This document shows, piece after piece, positions 39,796-52,405 of a DNA stretch of 64,000 bases (positions are counted from its first letter, which is position 1; each line of letters starts with the position of its first letter). The notes beneath the pieces are model-generated. The model searched no databases. It was not told the origin of the DNA and saw only the letters and a list, made by a program, of their open reading frames with translations. The DNA comes from Octopus sinensis (lineage: Eukaryota): positions 53,134,001 to 53,198,000 of the forward strand of contig NC_043013.1 of assembly GCF_006345805.1 (NCBI RefSeq), read 5' to 3'. The position numbers and the translations under genes were made by a program.

Positions 39796-41100
39796 ATGCA
39801 CCATCCAGAGGCAGATGCAGAACGTCTTTGCCTACCCAGAGCTCAAGGAGGTCACGGTTTGATCTAGTTAGAAATCTCCTACAAAACCATCACAATTGGA
39901 CTGGCAAAATATCTTGAAGCATCTAACGACTTGATGCTAAAGCTCAGTGAAAACCATGAAAGACGTAACAAGCTTCATTGTTATGAAGGAGAGCAAAAAA
40001 TTTTCGAGCGAGTTTATGCATATTACCCAGGTTGAACAGCATGAGGGAAGTGCAGCTACTGTAGTTGCAAAGAAGGTGAAATCAATAGCAAAACAAAATG
40101 CGTTTGAACAATTGGCTGATAGATGGGAACAAAAACCTCAGCATGGCAAATATGTTGCCCGCAGCAAACAAACTGGTGTAGACCAGAATCACACCCATCA
40201 GGGGCTACGGATCTCAGAGCTAAAGTCAGAGAATGAAGGCTTTATCTTGGCTGCTCAAGATCAGAGCTTATTGTCCCGGAAGTATCAAACCAATGTGATG
40301 AAAAATGGTGTAGTCCCAAAGTGTCGATACTGCAACGAGGGATTGGAACAGTTAACCACCTGATGCTTGGGTGTAAGGTTTTAGCACTTGTAGAGTACAA
40401 ATAAAGACACGACGGAGTTGGCCAATATCTACATGTGTCGGTATCATAAAATCAAAACTGCTGACAACTAGTACAGGAACCACTCTGACGCTGTAACTCA
40501 GGGAGAAAGTGTAACAATTCTTTAGGACGTTCCAGTATGTACAGACCGGACCAGCAAAGCAAAGAAACTAGATATTGTTGTCAAAGACCAAAACAAAATA
40601 TTCTATTTATTGATCGACATGCGCATACCCTGCGACCATAATATCTCGGCAAAAGAATTTGATAAGCCCAGAAAATATAAAAGACTTGTCAATCCAAATA
40701 AAAAAGATGAGTCATCTCAAGAGGGTTACAATACCAGTGATTGCAGGAGCACTTGGAATGATCAGAAAAGGAACTGAAAATGATTTAAGAATGATCCTTG
40801 GCTTACCATCCATGCAGGAAGTGCAGAAGATTGTCTTAACTGGTACGTCACATATATTGAGAAGAGCATTATCGCTGTAAATTTTCTTTCCTTTTTTCCC
40901 CTTTATTTTCTTTGTTTACTTTTTATTTTTTATTATTCCTTTTCTTCTCTGTCTTTCTTCCCCTTTTTCTATATCACAAGACTTTGTAAATGAACAATCT
41001 GGCGTGTTTATTTTAATAAATGCATACAGTATGTTTCTCTGCCCTAGGCGTCAGAAAACATTCGGCAAGAAATGGAAACAATTGAAAGAAGATGCTAATG
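39796..41100 (+). mobile_element. R4/Dong-like LINE 3' 1.3 kb (thumb, zinc knuckle, endonuclease, 3' UTR)
   Basis: WEQKPQHGKY, SELKSENEGFILAAQDQSLLSRKY, KCRYCNE, IPVIAGALGMI, VQKIVLTGTSHILRRALSL* (stop at 40880). The UTR runs into the long (TAA)n array. Confidence 0.9.
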
Positions 41101-41115
41101 AAAATAATAATAATA

Positions 41116-41161
<46 letters not shown>

Positions 41162-41289
41162 TAATAATAATAATAAAATAATAATATAAAAATATAAAAA
41201 TAATAATAATAAAAATAATAAAATAATAATAATAATAAATAATAAAATAATAATAATAATAATAATAAAATAATAATAATAAAAAATAA

Positions 41290-41357
<68 letters not shown>

Positions 41358-41392
41358 TAATAATAATAATAAAATAATAATAAAATAATAAA

Positions 41393-41439
<47 letters not shown>

Positions 41440-41606
41440 AATAATAATAATAATAAAAATAATAATAATAAAAATAATAATATAATAATAATAATAATAT
41501 ATAATAATAATAAAAATAATAATAATAATAAAATAAATAATAATAAAAATAAAAATATAATAATAAATAATAATAATAATAATAATATAATATAATAATA
41601 ATATAA

Positions 41607-41650
<44 letters not shown>

Positions 41651-41732
41651 TAATAATAAATAATAAAATAATAATAATAATAAATAAAAATAATATATAA
41701 TAATAATAATAATAAAAATAATAATAAAATAA

Positions 41733-41768
<36 letters not shown>

Positions 41769-41842
41769 AAATAATAATAATAATATAATAAAAATAAAAA
41801 TAATAATAATAATAATAAAATAATAATAATAAAATAATAATA

Positions 41843-41889
<47 letters not shown>

Positions 41890-42072
41890 TAATAAATAAT
41901 AATAATAATAATAATAATAAAAATAAAAATAATAATAATAATAAAAATAAAAATAATAATAATATATAATAATAATAATAATAATAATAAAAATATAAAA
42001 TAATAATAATAATATAATAATATAATAAAAATAAAAATAATAATATAATAATAATATAATAATAAAAATAAA

Positions 42073-42105
<33 letters not shown>

Positions 42106-42196
42106 TAAAAATAAAATACTAATAATAATATAATAATAATAAAAATAAAAATAAAAATAATAATAATAATATAATAATAATAATAATAAAAATAAA

Positions 42197-42251
<55 letters not shown>

Positions 42252-42446
42252 TAATAATAATAATAATATAATAATAAAAATAATAAAAATAAAAATAATA
42301 ATAATAATAATAATAAAATAAATAATAATATAATATAATAATAATAATAATAATAATAATAAAATAATAATAATAATATAATAATAATAAATAATAATAA
42401 TAAGAATAATAATAATAATAAAAAAATAAATAATAATAAAAATTAA

Positions 42447-42508
<62 letters not shown>
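41095..42508. repeat. 1.4-kb degenerate (TAA)n array
   Basis: Read directly. Confidence 0.95.
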
Positions 42509-42509
<1 letters not shown>

Positions 42510-42716
42510 TGGCTCCTTGAGAACAAAAGGAGTATAAAAGAAATTGGAATAGAATGACCAGTAAGATTGTTACAAAAGGTTTGCCTCCTTAGTACGGCTA
42601 AAATAACCAGGAAAGTATTAGAGAGCTGAAAAGAACAGACAGCATGATACCATGGGCTGCATACACATGCAACACGCCAGGAGCTCCAACAAAATCTGAG
42701 TGAGAAAAAAAAAATT
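42509..42716 (+). mobile_element. R4/Dong-like LINE extreme 3' end
   Basis: KEIGIE*PVRLLQKVCLLSTAKITRKVLES* plus a short UTR, between (TAA)n tracts. Confidence 0.75.
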
Positions 42717-42781
<65 letters not shown>

Positions 42782-42801
42782 TAATAATAAAAACAATAAT
42801 A

Positions 42802-43345
42802 AATGCCCTGATGCAGTACCAGGCAGTGGCTCTCATGGCTTCTGATCTTAACTGATTGAAAGAGTTATCACGTACATTGTTTTTCTTGGTATAAAAGACG
42901 GGCTATAGAAAATATTCTGCTCAATACCACAGATTTGCTTGTCAGTTGTTTGACCTTAGCCAGTTGAGCATGTCCCTTAGTGGCTGACGATATATGCATC
43001 TCTGATCACGAGCAGAATTAGTGGAGGAGTATCATAGCTAAGTGTTAAAAAGAATTCTTTGGCACTTGGATAATTCATCTATGGAAACACGGGTGTTTTG
43101 TTCAACATCCTTGAACAACTCTTATTCAGGGACCTTTTGAGCGGGATGGGTTGCTCCATCTGAAGAAACTTGTAACTGGGCTCCACCTGCAATGTCACGT
43201 GCTGTTTATCTTGATATGAGATCACTATGTCGTGAACATATGGTTGTGATGCATGTGTCTGGTGTACCCTTATCAATCGAGTAGCCATGATGGGTATACT
43301 GGGCGTCGTATACCTTACCCCAGTGTCCCTTTGATGGCATGCACT
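42802..43345. mobile_element. Non-coding ~540-bp element adjoining (TAA)n, class unresolved
   Basis: Complex, GC-richer block starting immediately after (TAA)n. It resembles an abundant octopus repeat from memory, but there is no second copy in this window. Confidence 0.35.
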
Positions 43346-43611
43346 GCTCTCTCACGCAAAAAATAGTATATCATGATTTTCCAATGAAATATACTGTTCT
43401 TAATCACGTACCAATCCTCCCGGACTATAGATGTCAGAGAGCACAAAATCACATGTATCGAATTTATAATACATTTTATCAGGAAGCTACATGCTAAACA
43501 CATTTACACAGTTTACAAAATCATAAATTAAACTAAACAATTGCGCAATATGCAAAATTTTGTGATACATGCTATATACAAATTTCTTTACCATTCTGTT
43601 GTCTGTTGCAG

Positions 43612-43667
43612 ATGATGAGATAACAACTCCGAAATGCATGCATTCAACAATCCAGCTAAGGAGTGCT
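43612..43667 (+). other. Candidate 56-nt exon
   Basis: Acceptor TTTCTTTACCATTCTGTTGTCTGTTGCAG and donor GTGAGT at 43668. Only one frame is open (phase 1): DDEITTPKCMHSTIQLRSA. Confidence 0.35.
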
Positions 43668-43903
43668 GTGAGTTTGGTGTGTTTACACATATCTGTCGGC
43701 AGTGATAAATGTTCTTCATGATGAAGTACAATGAATGGCTTTCTTACCGGTTTGCAAATGCCTCAAGTATATTTGAACTGGCAACAGTTTGTATTTATAC
43801 ATACCACTGATTATCGTTCTCATCCCGTGCTAAACTTAATGTAAACAACATCAAAGGTTATAGCGTAACCAAGTGCCCTATGTACTAAATTTTATGATGT
43901 AAA

Positions 43904-44350
43904 ATGCTACAATAATGCTCATAATATGTATATTGTACATTCCAAGTCAGCGAACTGGCAGAAACGTTAGCACGCTGAGCGAAATGCTTAGCAGTATTTT
44001 GTCTGCCGTTACGTTCTGAGTTCAAATTCCGCCGAGGTCGATTTTTGCTTTTCATCCTTTCGGGGTCGATAAATTAAGTACCAGTTACGCACTGGGTTCG
44101 ATGTAATCGACTTAATCCGTTTTTCTGTCCATGTTTGGCCCCTCTATGTTTAGCCCCTTGCGGGCAATAAAGTAACAAGAAACGTTAGCATGTCTGGCGA
44201 TATGCTTAGCGTCTGTCTTATGTTCTGAGTTCGAATTTCGCCGAGGCCGACTTTGCCTGTCATCCTTTTTTACGGGGCCGTTAAATTAAGAACCAGTTGC
44301 ATACTGGAGTCGATCTAATTGACTGGTCCTCTTCCCAAAACTTTCGGGCC
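43904..44350 (+). mobile_element. Dimeric SINE family A with an upstream leader
   Basis: Same leader, tail-1 monomer and tail-2 monomer as 27244-27700. Confidence 0.8.
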
Positions 44351-44859
44351 ATTTTTTAATCCTAGTACATATTCTAACCGCTAAGTCACAAGGTCGTAGA
44401 CATACAAACATTGGTTTTTAAATTGTGGTATGGGATAGATGCAGACACTAAGACACACACACGCACACACACACATACACATATCAATATTTGTCTAATG
44501 TTCTGTAGCAATGAAAACAATTTTACGTTAACCTGATGGGTTAATCTATACTATTGTAGAGCACAAAAGTATTATCTTTATACAAGAACGTTGTCATTAG
44601 TAACTCTGATGCTTCGGCTAGCTAAACCATTATTGCACAGCTTCTTTCAGTTTCCGCGTACTAAATCCACTCAGTTTTTGTCGGCTCGTGGCTACAGCAG
44701 AAGACACTTGAATCCGGAAAATTGTGTTTAGGAAGCTTCGTACCATATACTGAAAGGCGTCTTACTTAAGAGGGCCCGAACCATCAACCTTCCAGTTAGT
44801 AGCCACACACAAATAAGGCAGACAGATAGATAGATAGATGAACATGTGTACATTTATTA

Positions 44860-44920
<61 letters not shown>

Positions 44921-44922
44921 AT

Positions 44923-45477
44923 AATGATAAATCTCAGAGCGAGTTATAAACAGTAGCAGCAACACATCGTGACGTATATTTGCCATTTGAATATGGCTAA
45001 CCCCTAAGGGTGGATGCTACTGTAGTTTTTAGCCCCAGGAGGACACCTCCTCCAGCTGGCTATAGACACACTTTCTGTGCCCTATCAGTATTTGCGAAGG
45101 GAAGCCAACCTTCCCGTCTTCAACTTATGATACATACGGACTCGAGTTTCAGAGTATTGACCCGTCATCGGCGTATGACAATCATAGTTGTTGATGAGAA
45201 GTCGGTTCCCTTTACAAATACATATACTTTTTCCAGTATCGATTGACACTGATATTGAAAAAGTGAAATCAAACAATGATAAATCTCAGAGCGAGTTATA
45301 AACAGTAACAGAAACACATCGTGACGTATATTTGCCATTTGAATATGGCTAACCCCTAAGGGTGGATGCTACTGTAGTTTGTAGCCTCAAGAGGACACCT
45401 CCTCCAGCTGGCTATAGACACACTTTCTGTGCTCTGAGATTTATCATTGTTTGATTTCACTTTTTCAATATCAGTGT
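44923..45477 (-). mobile_element. Retrozyme-like non-autonomous element: 352-bp unit x1.45 plus a 47-bp inverted segment
   Basis: 44923-45080 repeats at 45275-45432 (period 352). 45431-45477 is the exact reverse complement of 45246-45292. Hammerhead at 45121-45190. TA-rich microsatellite on both sides; no meaningful ORF. Confidence 0.7.
45121..45190 (-). ncRNA. Type I hammerhead ribozyme with extended stem I
   Basis: Minus strand: CAAC-TATGAT-TGT-CATACG-CCGATGA-C-GGGT-CAAT-ACTC-T-GAAA-CTCGAG-TC-CGTATG-T-ATCATA-A-GTTG. 16 bp of stem I pairing, palindromic stem III ACTCGAGT, GUC site (cut between 45139 and 45138). U4 is C. Confidence 0.8.
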
Positions 45478-45564
45478 ATATATATATACACATATACGTC
45501 TTTTTGTATATATGTACATATGAACATCTACATTACTCTTCACTTATATATATATATATATTAT

Positions 45565-45606
<42 letters not shown>

Positions 45607-45629
45607 TTGAAAATTATAGTTTAAAGGTT

Positions 45630-45755
45630 AGCAGGCCGGACGAAATGCTTGGTGATATTTCGTTTTCTTAACGTTCTGAGTTGAAATTCCGCCGAGGTCG
45701 TCTTTGCTTTTCATCCTTTCGGGGTCGATAAATTACGTATCAGTCAAGGTACTGG
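45630..45755 (+). mobile_element. SINE family A, partial
   Basis: B box GAGTTGAAATTCCGCCGAGGTCG and core. Further degenerate copies at about 46035-46170 and 60640-60830. Confidence 0.75.
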
Positions 45756-46187
45756 GACCTTCCTTGTTAAAATCCTATTTATTTGTGCAACAGATAATAG
45801 CACTGCATTTAAACTAATGAAATGGTTGCATTGTACAATTATATGGTGCTGCTTGAAACGGTCGTACTGCATCACTTCTTGATATCTTTTTGCTTATTTT
45901 GATTATATTCATTTATACACACACACACACACACATATACATAGTATACATATATATATTATGTATATAATATACATACGTATATATATTATATATGTAT
46001 ATATTTACAAGTGTATGTATACGCACGCACTTACACGCTGGTAAGCAGGAGAAAACGCTTAGCACCATTTCATACGTTTTTACGTTTTGAGTTCAAAGTT
46101 CGTGGAGGTCGAATTTGCCTTTCATCCCTCAGGGATCGATGGAATATGCAATCGACTTATCCCCACCCCGGACTTGCAGTTCTTGTA

Positions 46188-46350
46188 TGTATGCATGTAT
46201 GTATGTATGTATGTATGTATGTATGTATGTATGTATGTATGTATGTATGTATGTATGTATGTATGTATGTATGTATGTATGTATGTATGTATGTATGTAT
46301 GTATGCATGTATGTATGTATGTATGCATGTATGTACGTATGTATGCATGC
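46188..46350. repeat. (ATGT)n microsatellite
   Basis: Read directly. Confidence 0.95.
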
Positions 46351-46788
46351 ATCTTTGTAGAAACACAAACACGCTTAAAGATGGATACGTGTATGTATGC
46401 ATTATATATATATATACGTGCATGCGTGTGTGTGTGTGTATGTGTGTGTGTGCGTGTGTGTGTGTGTGTGTGTGTGCGTGTGTGCTGACACAGTCATATG
46501 TACTCTGTTTCATCAGTCTAACTATAGTAATGTCTATATTCATTCTATATTAGGAATCTCAGCAAAACATTGGACGTTCGATCGATAATTCATGTACATT
46601 AGTCTATATTAGACTTCGTAAGTCTGTCAGACTGTTTACAGCGAACATGTTTGTACGACGGGTACAAGGGACGTTACTCTGTCCGACTACATTAATGTCA
46701 GCAACACATTTGCAGATCTGTATGTGTATATACGTTCATATATACACACACCTCCATACATATTGTATATATATATGTATGGAGGTGC

Positions 46789-46832
<44 letters not shown>

Positions 46833-46833
46833 T

Positions 46834-46904
<71 letters not shown>

Positions 46905-46906
<2 letters not shown>

Positions 46907-47060
46907 TTCTTTCAGATTCCCTCTACCAAATCGATTCACAAGGCTTTGATCGGTCCGGTGTTATAATTGACGACACTTGCCCAAGTTGTCACGGTGGGAC
47001 TGAACCCTGAACCAAGTGATTGGTAAGCAAGGTACCTACTACACAGCCACTCCCGCACCT
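46905..47060 (-). mobile_element. SINE family C 5' half
   Basis: CTACCAAATCGATTCACAAGGCTTTG..GACACTTGCCCAAG..GGGACTGAACCC. Other fragments at about 20690-20830, 44645-44760, 47500-47580 and 54775-54880. Confidence 0.75.
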
Positions 47061-47789
47061 ATATATATATATACACACACACTTATAAATTTATACACAC
47101 ATATATATATATATAACTTGTTCTATTTGTATGTATTTGTGTGTTTGTGTGTTTGTGAGTTTCTGTGTGTGTGTGTGTGTGTGTGTTGTGTGTGTGTGTG
47201 TGTGTGTGTGTGTACATATTTATCGTGCGTAATTTCAGAAACAAGCAATGCCTGGGCCCCGACTCGTGGACCTCTGTTAAGGTGGTCGCAGTTACTATTG
47301 TAAGTTCGTGGTTTTGATTCACAAATGGGGTCGGTGTGTTTTGTGGGTCTTGAGCAAAAATCCTTCGTTTCGCTTTACTGCAAATGAGCCATAGCTAGGA
47401 AATGACCCCCTGCGACTGACCGGTGTCTCATTCGAGACAAAAGTGACAGGGATTACAACCGCTGAGTTACGGGGACGTAAGTTCCCACTCACTTTTGTTA
47501 CGGAGGGGTGTAAACAGACCAGCACCGGTTGTCAAGCGGTGATGGGTGACCAGCACAGGCACAAAGACACACACACACAGATATATGTATACGTACATGA
47601 TAGACGTACACACACACACTCACTCATGTACGTCAATACGAATTCTCTTTAAACAGACTGACACAAAGATCCCCTCACATAAATTGTTTATTATACTCTG
47701 TCCAGGAACAGATGCTTTCACCTCACAAACAAAGCAAGAGAAGTAACAAGGGCATCTGAGGGAATATAACCCTACATATTCTCTCTCTC

Positions 47790-47837
<48 letters not shown>

Positions 47838-47857
47838 GATAATATATTATATATATA

Positions 47858-47900
<43 letters not shown>

Positions 47901-47904
47901 TATA

Positions 47905-49105
47905 TAACGGGAAGCTTTATGAAAATAGACAAAAGACGAAGGCAGGTTTACGGAAATAACAAAAGACGAAGGCAGGTGGAATACAAACAAACAATTGTAT
48001 TAGTATGGCGCTCAGGAAATATAAATAAAACAAGTCTTTAACGTTTCGAGCCTACGCTCTTCAACAGAAAGATAGACAGAGAAGAAACACAGAAAGGAGA
48101 GAGAAAAATGCGTGCAGAGGCTAGCGAATCAACATGGCGATCTGATTTCGGCCAGAAGTGAAAGATCAAACGTGAGACGCAAGAGCGAAATTAGGGGAGA
48201 TAATAGGGTTAAATGACCTCGCTCCAACATAAGAGTGTGTGTGTGTGTATGAGAAGAGTGTGTGTGTGTGTATGAGAGAGTATTAGTGCGTATGAGAGGT
48301 CTGGACGTGTGTATGTATATGTGATGTGATGTGTAAAGTCGTATGTGTAGTGTAGAGAGAGGAGATGAGGGAAGAGGGGTTAAGGGGGAGGGGGAGGGGG
48401 AGACAGAAAGGGGAGAAGAGGAGGGTGAAGGGTGAGAAGGAAGGAGAAAAGAAGAGGAGGGGAGAGAAGGGGGAGAATGAAGGGGAGGATAGAGGGAGAG
48501 GGAGAGAGAGAGAAGGGGAGTGAGGGAGAGAGAGAAGGGGACTGAGGGAGAGAGAGAGAAGGGGAGTGAGGGAGCAGAGAGAAAGAGGGAAGGGGAAGAG
48601 GGAAGAAGGAGGGAGGGAGAAAGAGGGAAGAAGGGAAGAGGAGTAGGGCTGAAAGGATGAAGGACTGAAGAGAAGTAGGGATCGGGGGGGAGGTTAGATG
48701 AGGAGGGGGAGAGGGGGTTAGATTAGGAGGGGGGAGAGTTGAGACCAAATGGCGTATAAGAGCGAAGAGAGGAGATTAATTCCTGTTCACGGCGCAAACG
48801 GGAATCCGGATGGCCTCTGTGCAAGGACAAACCGAACACAGACAGGTGTTGCAAGGAGTGACCGGTGGAGCGGAAATGGCGTGAGACCGGTGTGTCGTTC
48901 GCAAGGCGGATGTCACGGAGGTGTTCCGCGAACCGGTCAGCCAAGCGGCGTCCCGTTTGTCCGATGTACAGGGAATGGCAGAGAGAGCAAGAGACGCAAT
49001 AAATAATATTGCAGGAGGTGCAGGTGAAGGAGTTGATGATGCGATAGGGTCGATGATGGGTGCCAGTGAGGAGGGTGGTGTTGGAGAGGTAAGGGCAAGT
49101 GCGGC

Positions 49106-49108
<3 letters not shown>
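47905..49108 (-). mobile_element. 5'-truncated PLE (GIY-YIG domain plus 3' UTR), related to 1049-5350
   Basis: Open minus frame SFTCTSCNIIYCVSCSLCHSLYIGQTGRRLADRFAEHLRDIR..VSRHF..LSVFGL..REQELISSLRSYTPFGLN (the track ORF 48723..48944 is its end). Then a CT-rich tract, (CA)n, the hammerhead and terminus CTTCCCGTTA. (TA)n on both sides. Confidence 0.92.
48035..48072 (-). ncRNA. Minimal type I hammerhead-like motif in the PLE 3' repeat
   Basis: TCTTT-CTGTTGA-A-GAGC-GTAG-GCTC-GAAA-CG-TT-AAAGA. Stems I and II are intact, palindromic ACGT stem III, A6U core change. Confidence 0.65.
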
Positions 49109-49145
<37 letters not shown>

Positions 49146-49369
49146 GTATATATGTTATACTTAAACTATAACCCACTCACAACCATAATATTTGTTACTT
49201 AATATTTGTTACAAATATTTGTTACTTATCTTGCTGTAGTTGAAGTTAAAGCTGTTGGTGTTGTTGTTGTTGTTGTTGCCCAGCAACTAATACTGTGTTA
49301 CCAGTGGAATAACATAAAGCGGAATTATAAAGAAAGTTGCTGTGGACGAGACCTCTTTGATACAGCGAA

Positions 49370-49610
49370 GGCTCGTGGCTTAGTGGTAAGTGTGTTGGAC
49401 TCATGATCCTACGATTGTGATTTCTATTCATGGACGGGCGACTAGTTGTGTCTTTCAACAAAGCACTTTGCTTCACGTTACTCCCGTCCAAGCAGCTGGT
49501 GAAACGAGTAATCCTGCGACAGACAGGCGTCTCGTCCACGGAAACCGGGAAACCGACCCTATGAATCTCCATAACTCGGGAAGGATTTATGTATCTATTT
49601 GCTGACACAA
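49370..49610 (+). mobile_element. Degenerate tRNA-derived SINE
   Basis: GTGGCTTAGTGGTAAGTGTGTTGGACTCATGATC head, followed by CTTTCAACAAAGCACTTTGCTTCACGTTACTCC. Confidence 0.6.
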
Positions 49611-50989
49611 TGCATCTAGGAATATACTAGTTACTTGTTATGTGACCGTTTTTATTTAGAGGAAGAATATGATACGATAAATAGTTGGCTGCCACTTTTA
49701 GCAGGACTTGCGACGTGGTATGAGCCTAAGGTGGAACACACCTTCTAATGTAGTCGCACAATCAAAAACGACTGATGGAAAGGTAATGAGGCAGCCTCTA
49801 GAGAGTTAGAAATAGCAACTAGATCTCCCCCTTAATTCTCCCAAATGACTTGACAAATAAAACAATTTTCATTACACTATTTACAAAGCAATGGACGGTC
49901 ACATTTAAAATACTTCTAATCATATTTTTTTGCTCGATAACGATTCACGCGAGGTGGGATGTAAATAACAATAGAAATGGTTTATGCAATGAGTTTCTCT
50001 TTTGAAACCTGAGACGAAAGAGCAGGGATTTGGAATTTATAGTTTCTTATAGAGAAATTTGCTAAATTGTGACTTTTTTTATTAAGGATCTAAGTTCAGG
50101 AGAATGCGTTGGTTGTCTTCAAACTGAAATTGATTGAGGGTGTTAGGTTTTTTTTAATTTTTGGAGAGGAGACCAGCCGATAGTCACAGGTCCCTTGTTA
50201 ACTCATAAGGTCCTGATGTCACCGACCCAAACCGCTTTCTTACAGTATCAGCCCTTCATAGATCCTCTCTGATTTGTAGGATCGATATGATTGAAGATTT
50301 GCTTGTATTAGTTCAGGAAGAGATGTACTTAAAATAGATGACATTCTGGAAAGGAAAGATAAGCGACAGGTGTTACTACGGGTCTGACAATGGAGAAAGA
50401 GGAACGGCTCGGCGAGTCAGATGCCACAACATAAGGGATGGCATTGCTAAAAGGTAGAGACCATTCTACTTACAAGAAACTGTTGGTCACTGATTCTATA
50501 CGGTCGGATCTGGTGGTTCGTCGGTGTCTGCGGTTTATAATGTGCAGCAAAAGCACCGTCCTCGTTGTAGGACCAGTGACCCATTGTTGTGTCTAACCTG
50601 CATTTAAATACTTCTTCCGAAAATGACATCATAACTCGCTTGTTTCCCATTCAGAAATGTGAGACAACGGTTGATCTTTGTGTGACTGTGAACACAAATT
50701 AACCTCAAGATTAACCTCAAATCTTACACCACCATTTATGATATGGCGGGTCACATTGAACAAAGTGGTGCTTAGATATATTGAAAGTTAGAGGGATGGT
50801 CACGGTTAGAACAACTTTCATCAGAGCTTTGTTCAAAGACGATTCTCTTAATAACTAACTAACAACAACAACAACAAAACAAGGGATAACGACGACGACA
50901 AGAACGCCAACTAGTTAGTATACATCTATTGCGCATTCGTCTTATTTCAGTTTTCGCAGACGAATCTCAAAATAACTTGATAGAATTAA

Positions 50990-52240
50990 AAACCAATATT
51001 TTATGACATATTTTGTGTAGGTGTGACTGCTTTGCTAAGTGAAGGAGTTAAACCGAAAGTTGATAAATAAATAAATAAATATGAGGACCATATAGCGAAA
51101 TAAGTAAATAAGAAAAAAATATATAAATGCATACGTTTTAATTTAGAGTGAAACTAGTATATCTGGAGGTCACATAAATATTAATGATATAACACTTGTT
51201 AATATGTAGTCAGTGGATGCCGCCGGGCGTGTGATAACACTTTCACACTCATGCGCAGTGAAAACATTTTAATATTTTTATTTTATTTTATTTCTTCATT
51301 TTATTCCGTTTCATTTAATTTCGTAATTAAACAACGACATGACTCCGAGAAAAAGCCAAGGACATGCTGGTTCATATCGTGTGACTGGTACAGCATTTGA
51401 TTCCATTCTCTCTCTTTCTCTCTCTCTCTCTCTTTCTTTCTTATCTACACTCACTATCTCTCTCGCCCTTCTCACTCTCTTTCTTACAAGTTGCTTGATA
51501 ATTCTTCCTATTATAATCACAAAAAAGTTCACGAGACAATGGGTGGGCGAATTGCATGCCATCGATTGACTTACTCGATGTAGCAACTAAATCACAAATC
51601 TCGCTCGACATCTTGAACGTGTGATAAGACAATGGATAATGTCTTTATTGATGCCCTCTGGCCAAATAAAAGTTGGGAAGAGCAACGGTGCAATGCAATT
51701 ATTGAAAGATCTGTTCAATGAAGGGAAACTGCGATTTAAACAACAGCGATACAGAATTTGAACTCGGCTCGAATTCAACACTGAAGATAAAACTACTTCT
51801 TCCCCGCTCAAGAAAGAAACGGCTTGCTACAACTAATTTCAAACTCATATTTTTAGATCCAAACCAAATACTGTACCGGTGACACGATATGAACCAACGA
51901 CTTATCGATTTGGTGCACGCTCTATTATTGTCTGGGTCATTCGGTTCTTTCATTTCGAAAACAGCTCAACGAGAATAAAAGAAGGCAAAAAAGCATTTTC
52001 AACGTACATCAGTGTGAAGAAGTCATTACTTGGCCAGCGGCAGTTACTGAATGCATATTAACAAGTGTTATCTCATTAATATTTATATGACCTCCAGATA
52101 TACTAATCCAGTCTCATTCAAAACGTATGAATTTTTTTCTTATTTATTTCTTCCTTGCATTTATTTATTTATTTTTAGTGTTGCGAGTTGACTTAGTATA
52201 GCAGTGATACCTACACGAAAGATATCATAAACTAATGGTT
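50990..52240. mobile_element. Old foldback / long-TIR DNA element with ~400-bp imperfect arms
   Basis: 50990-51405 aligns by eye to the reverse complement of 51860-52240. Examples: AGTATATCTGGAGGTCA.ATAAATATT..AACACTTGTTAATATG and TGGTTCATATCGTGT.AC.GGTACAG.ATTTG. Confidence 0.75.
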
Positions 52241-52350
52241 TTAGGTCTGTCAAATTTCATATTTCAGGATCGATCTGGATATTTGTTGTTGGAAGAAAAA
52301 ACCCAACTCGTGACAAACTGTTACGAAGTCGTCTTAGTTTTCATATATAT

Positions 52351-52405
<55 letters not shown>

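Noticed and set aside
50100-50660. Possible CR1 endonuclease relic (minus); also an RTE-like relic near 18050-18250 and a CCHC-like piece near 12920-13020
   Set aside because: Motif similarity is too degraded to support without a profile search.
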